In this document: piece by piece, positions 62,660 through 64,000 of the stretch
Layout: each line of letters starts with the position of its first letter
Numbering within the stretch: the stretch's first letter is position 1
Origin: Camelus dromedarius
Taxonomy: Eukaryota
NCBI RefSeq assembly: GCF_036321535.1
Contig: NC_087437.1
Coordinates: 79,238,001-79,302,000, forward strand
Direction: 5' to 3'
DNA length: 64,000 nt
Position numbers and translations under genes: made by a program
The notes under the pieces: model-generated
The model's database searches: none
Told to the model about the DNA's origin: nothing
The model's input: the letters and a program-made list of their open reading frames with translations, nothing else

Positions 62660-64000
62660 GTGTTTTATTTATAATTTATATAGTTTATAATTATACAGTT
62701 GATACATACATATGTAAATACATTTACACAATACATATACAAAGTTATATGCATAAATATGCGTATGTTTATTTATAGTATTTATGTCTTTGTTAGTATT
62801 ATATATATATGTTGATGTATTTCCAGATGTTAAGATCACTGTACTTTTCCTTTCCAGCAGTTAGAGCAACGTTCTTTTCTCAGCTTATTCCCTCCCTAAA
62901 TCTTGGTGCTTCCATATATTCACACTAGTTGCATTAACTCTTCCCACAGAAAATGATAAATATGTTTGAAAATGACCAGTTCTGAAAAATTAAAAATAAA
63001 ATACTTTTTGTAACATTTTTAGCATTGTGCCTAAAAATATCCTGAGTCTACAAAAGTATAACAGGGTTGTCATGCAGTAATGTTTCTTGGAGGAGAACTG
63101 TTAGGGGAATTCTAGGAAGCAAGGAGCACGAAGGTGTAACTGACAAAAGATGTGCCAACAGAAATGAGCTTTTCCTCATAAGCTCTCTAGTCTTCTGGTT
63201 TTATCACCAGAGGGTCAGTGGTCAGAGAGGCCATAAAGTACTAGCTGATTTAGAATAACCCTCCAAGCTAAGCAATACACAGACTTTGCAAACAATGTAC
63301 TATTCCAGTCATCTGGGTATTTTGTGAAAACTGGAGGTAGTGGCAAAAACAAGAACTTGGAATGATGTTCTGTTGGTCAGTAGGTGAGGTTAAGTGCATC
63401 CACAGAATAGTATTTTAGTAATCTGAGAAATTTTGGCTTCTATAAAAAAATTAGTGATTTGACAGCTATTGAATTCTAATCATGATTAATTATTAAATGT
63501 ATTATTGCACTATTCTCTAGTTTAAGGAGGATTTATAGACGTTAAGGTATGTTTTGAGCCAGGAAATCTTGGAATAACTCTCAGTTCCTTTGGTTCAATC
63601 ACCTGGTCTCCCTGTAAGGATTTGGAGGCAAGTATATACACAAACGGAAAATAAAACAGTTGTAGCAGATGGGCCAATGTTCTGATATCACCTCCACAGA
63701 CCTCTCTGGTCTTAGGGACCATTTCTTCTCCTGCAAGTCACATTCATATCTCTGGTGTAAGAGCTCTTAATATCCCTTAATATCCCTTGAAACATTGGTA
63801 GTGAGAGGAAGCAACATAGATTGATTGTCTCAGTGACCCTGGTCCTAAATGCTCATCCAGAAGTAAAGGATGCAAGGGCTTGGGAGATGAGAAAATGTCG
63901 GGGGAGGGCAAATGATGAGAGGGGCGTACATTATAGTCACTGTCTTTAAAACTAAACTACCTGGTTAGATTTAACTACCCGGAACTAGCACCAGTGATAG

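Noticed and set aside
1..64000. CRISPR arrays, operons, tRNA/rRNA/snRNA genes, CpG island, processed pseudogenes
   Set aside because: None seen; the sequence is repeat-rich mammalian DNA with no regularly spaced repeats, RNA-gene signatures or recognisable cellular coding sequence

Overview
AT-rich, CpG-depleted mammalian DNA that is non-coding as far as I can tell (intergenic or deep intronic). I can support no cellular protein-coding exon, RNA gene or CpG island, and almost all listed ORFs are chance or repeat-derived. The window is a patchwork of interspersed repeats: young and old L1, MIR, L2, MaLR/ERVL/ERV1 LTRs and hAT-Charlie elements. The young L1 3'UTR type and the lack of recognisable Alu/B1/Bov-A/PRE1/SINEC suggest a camelid (inference). 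The most structured object is a ~5.2 kb two-LTR class I endogenous retrovirus at 49111-54311 (+). It has a tRNA-Arg-like PBS, a splice donor, a gag matrix remnant, no recognisable pol, an env TM remnant with an immunosuppressive domain, and a PPT. It also carries an apparent second PPT/LTR-like segment, suggesting a recombinant non-autonomous element. A second, 5'-half provirus (MER67C-like LTR plus gag remnant) lies at ~14170-16228 (-). Several repeat-free, motif-dense blocks are candidate conserved enhancers. I found no convincing novel biological system. Repeat family names come from recall of consensus sequences, not a database search, and boundaries of old repeats are approximate.
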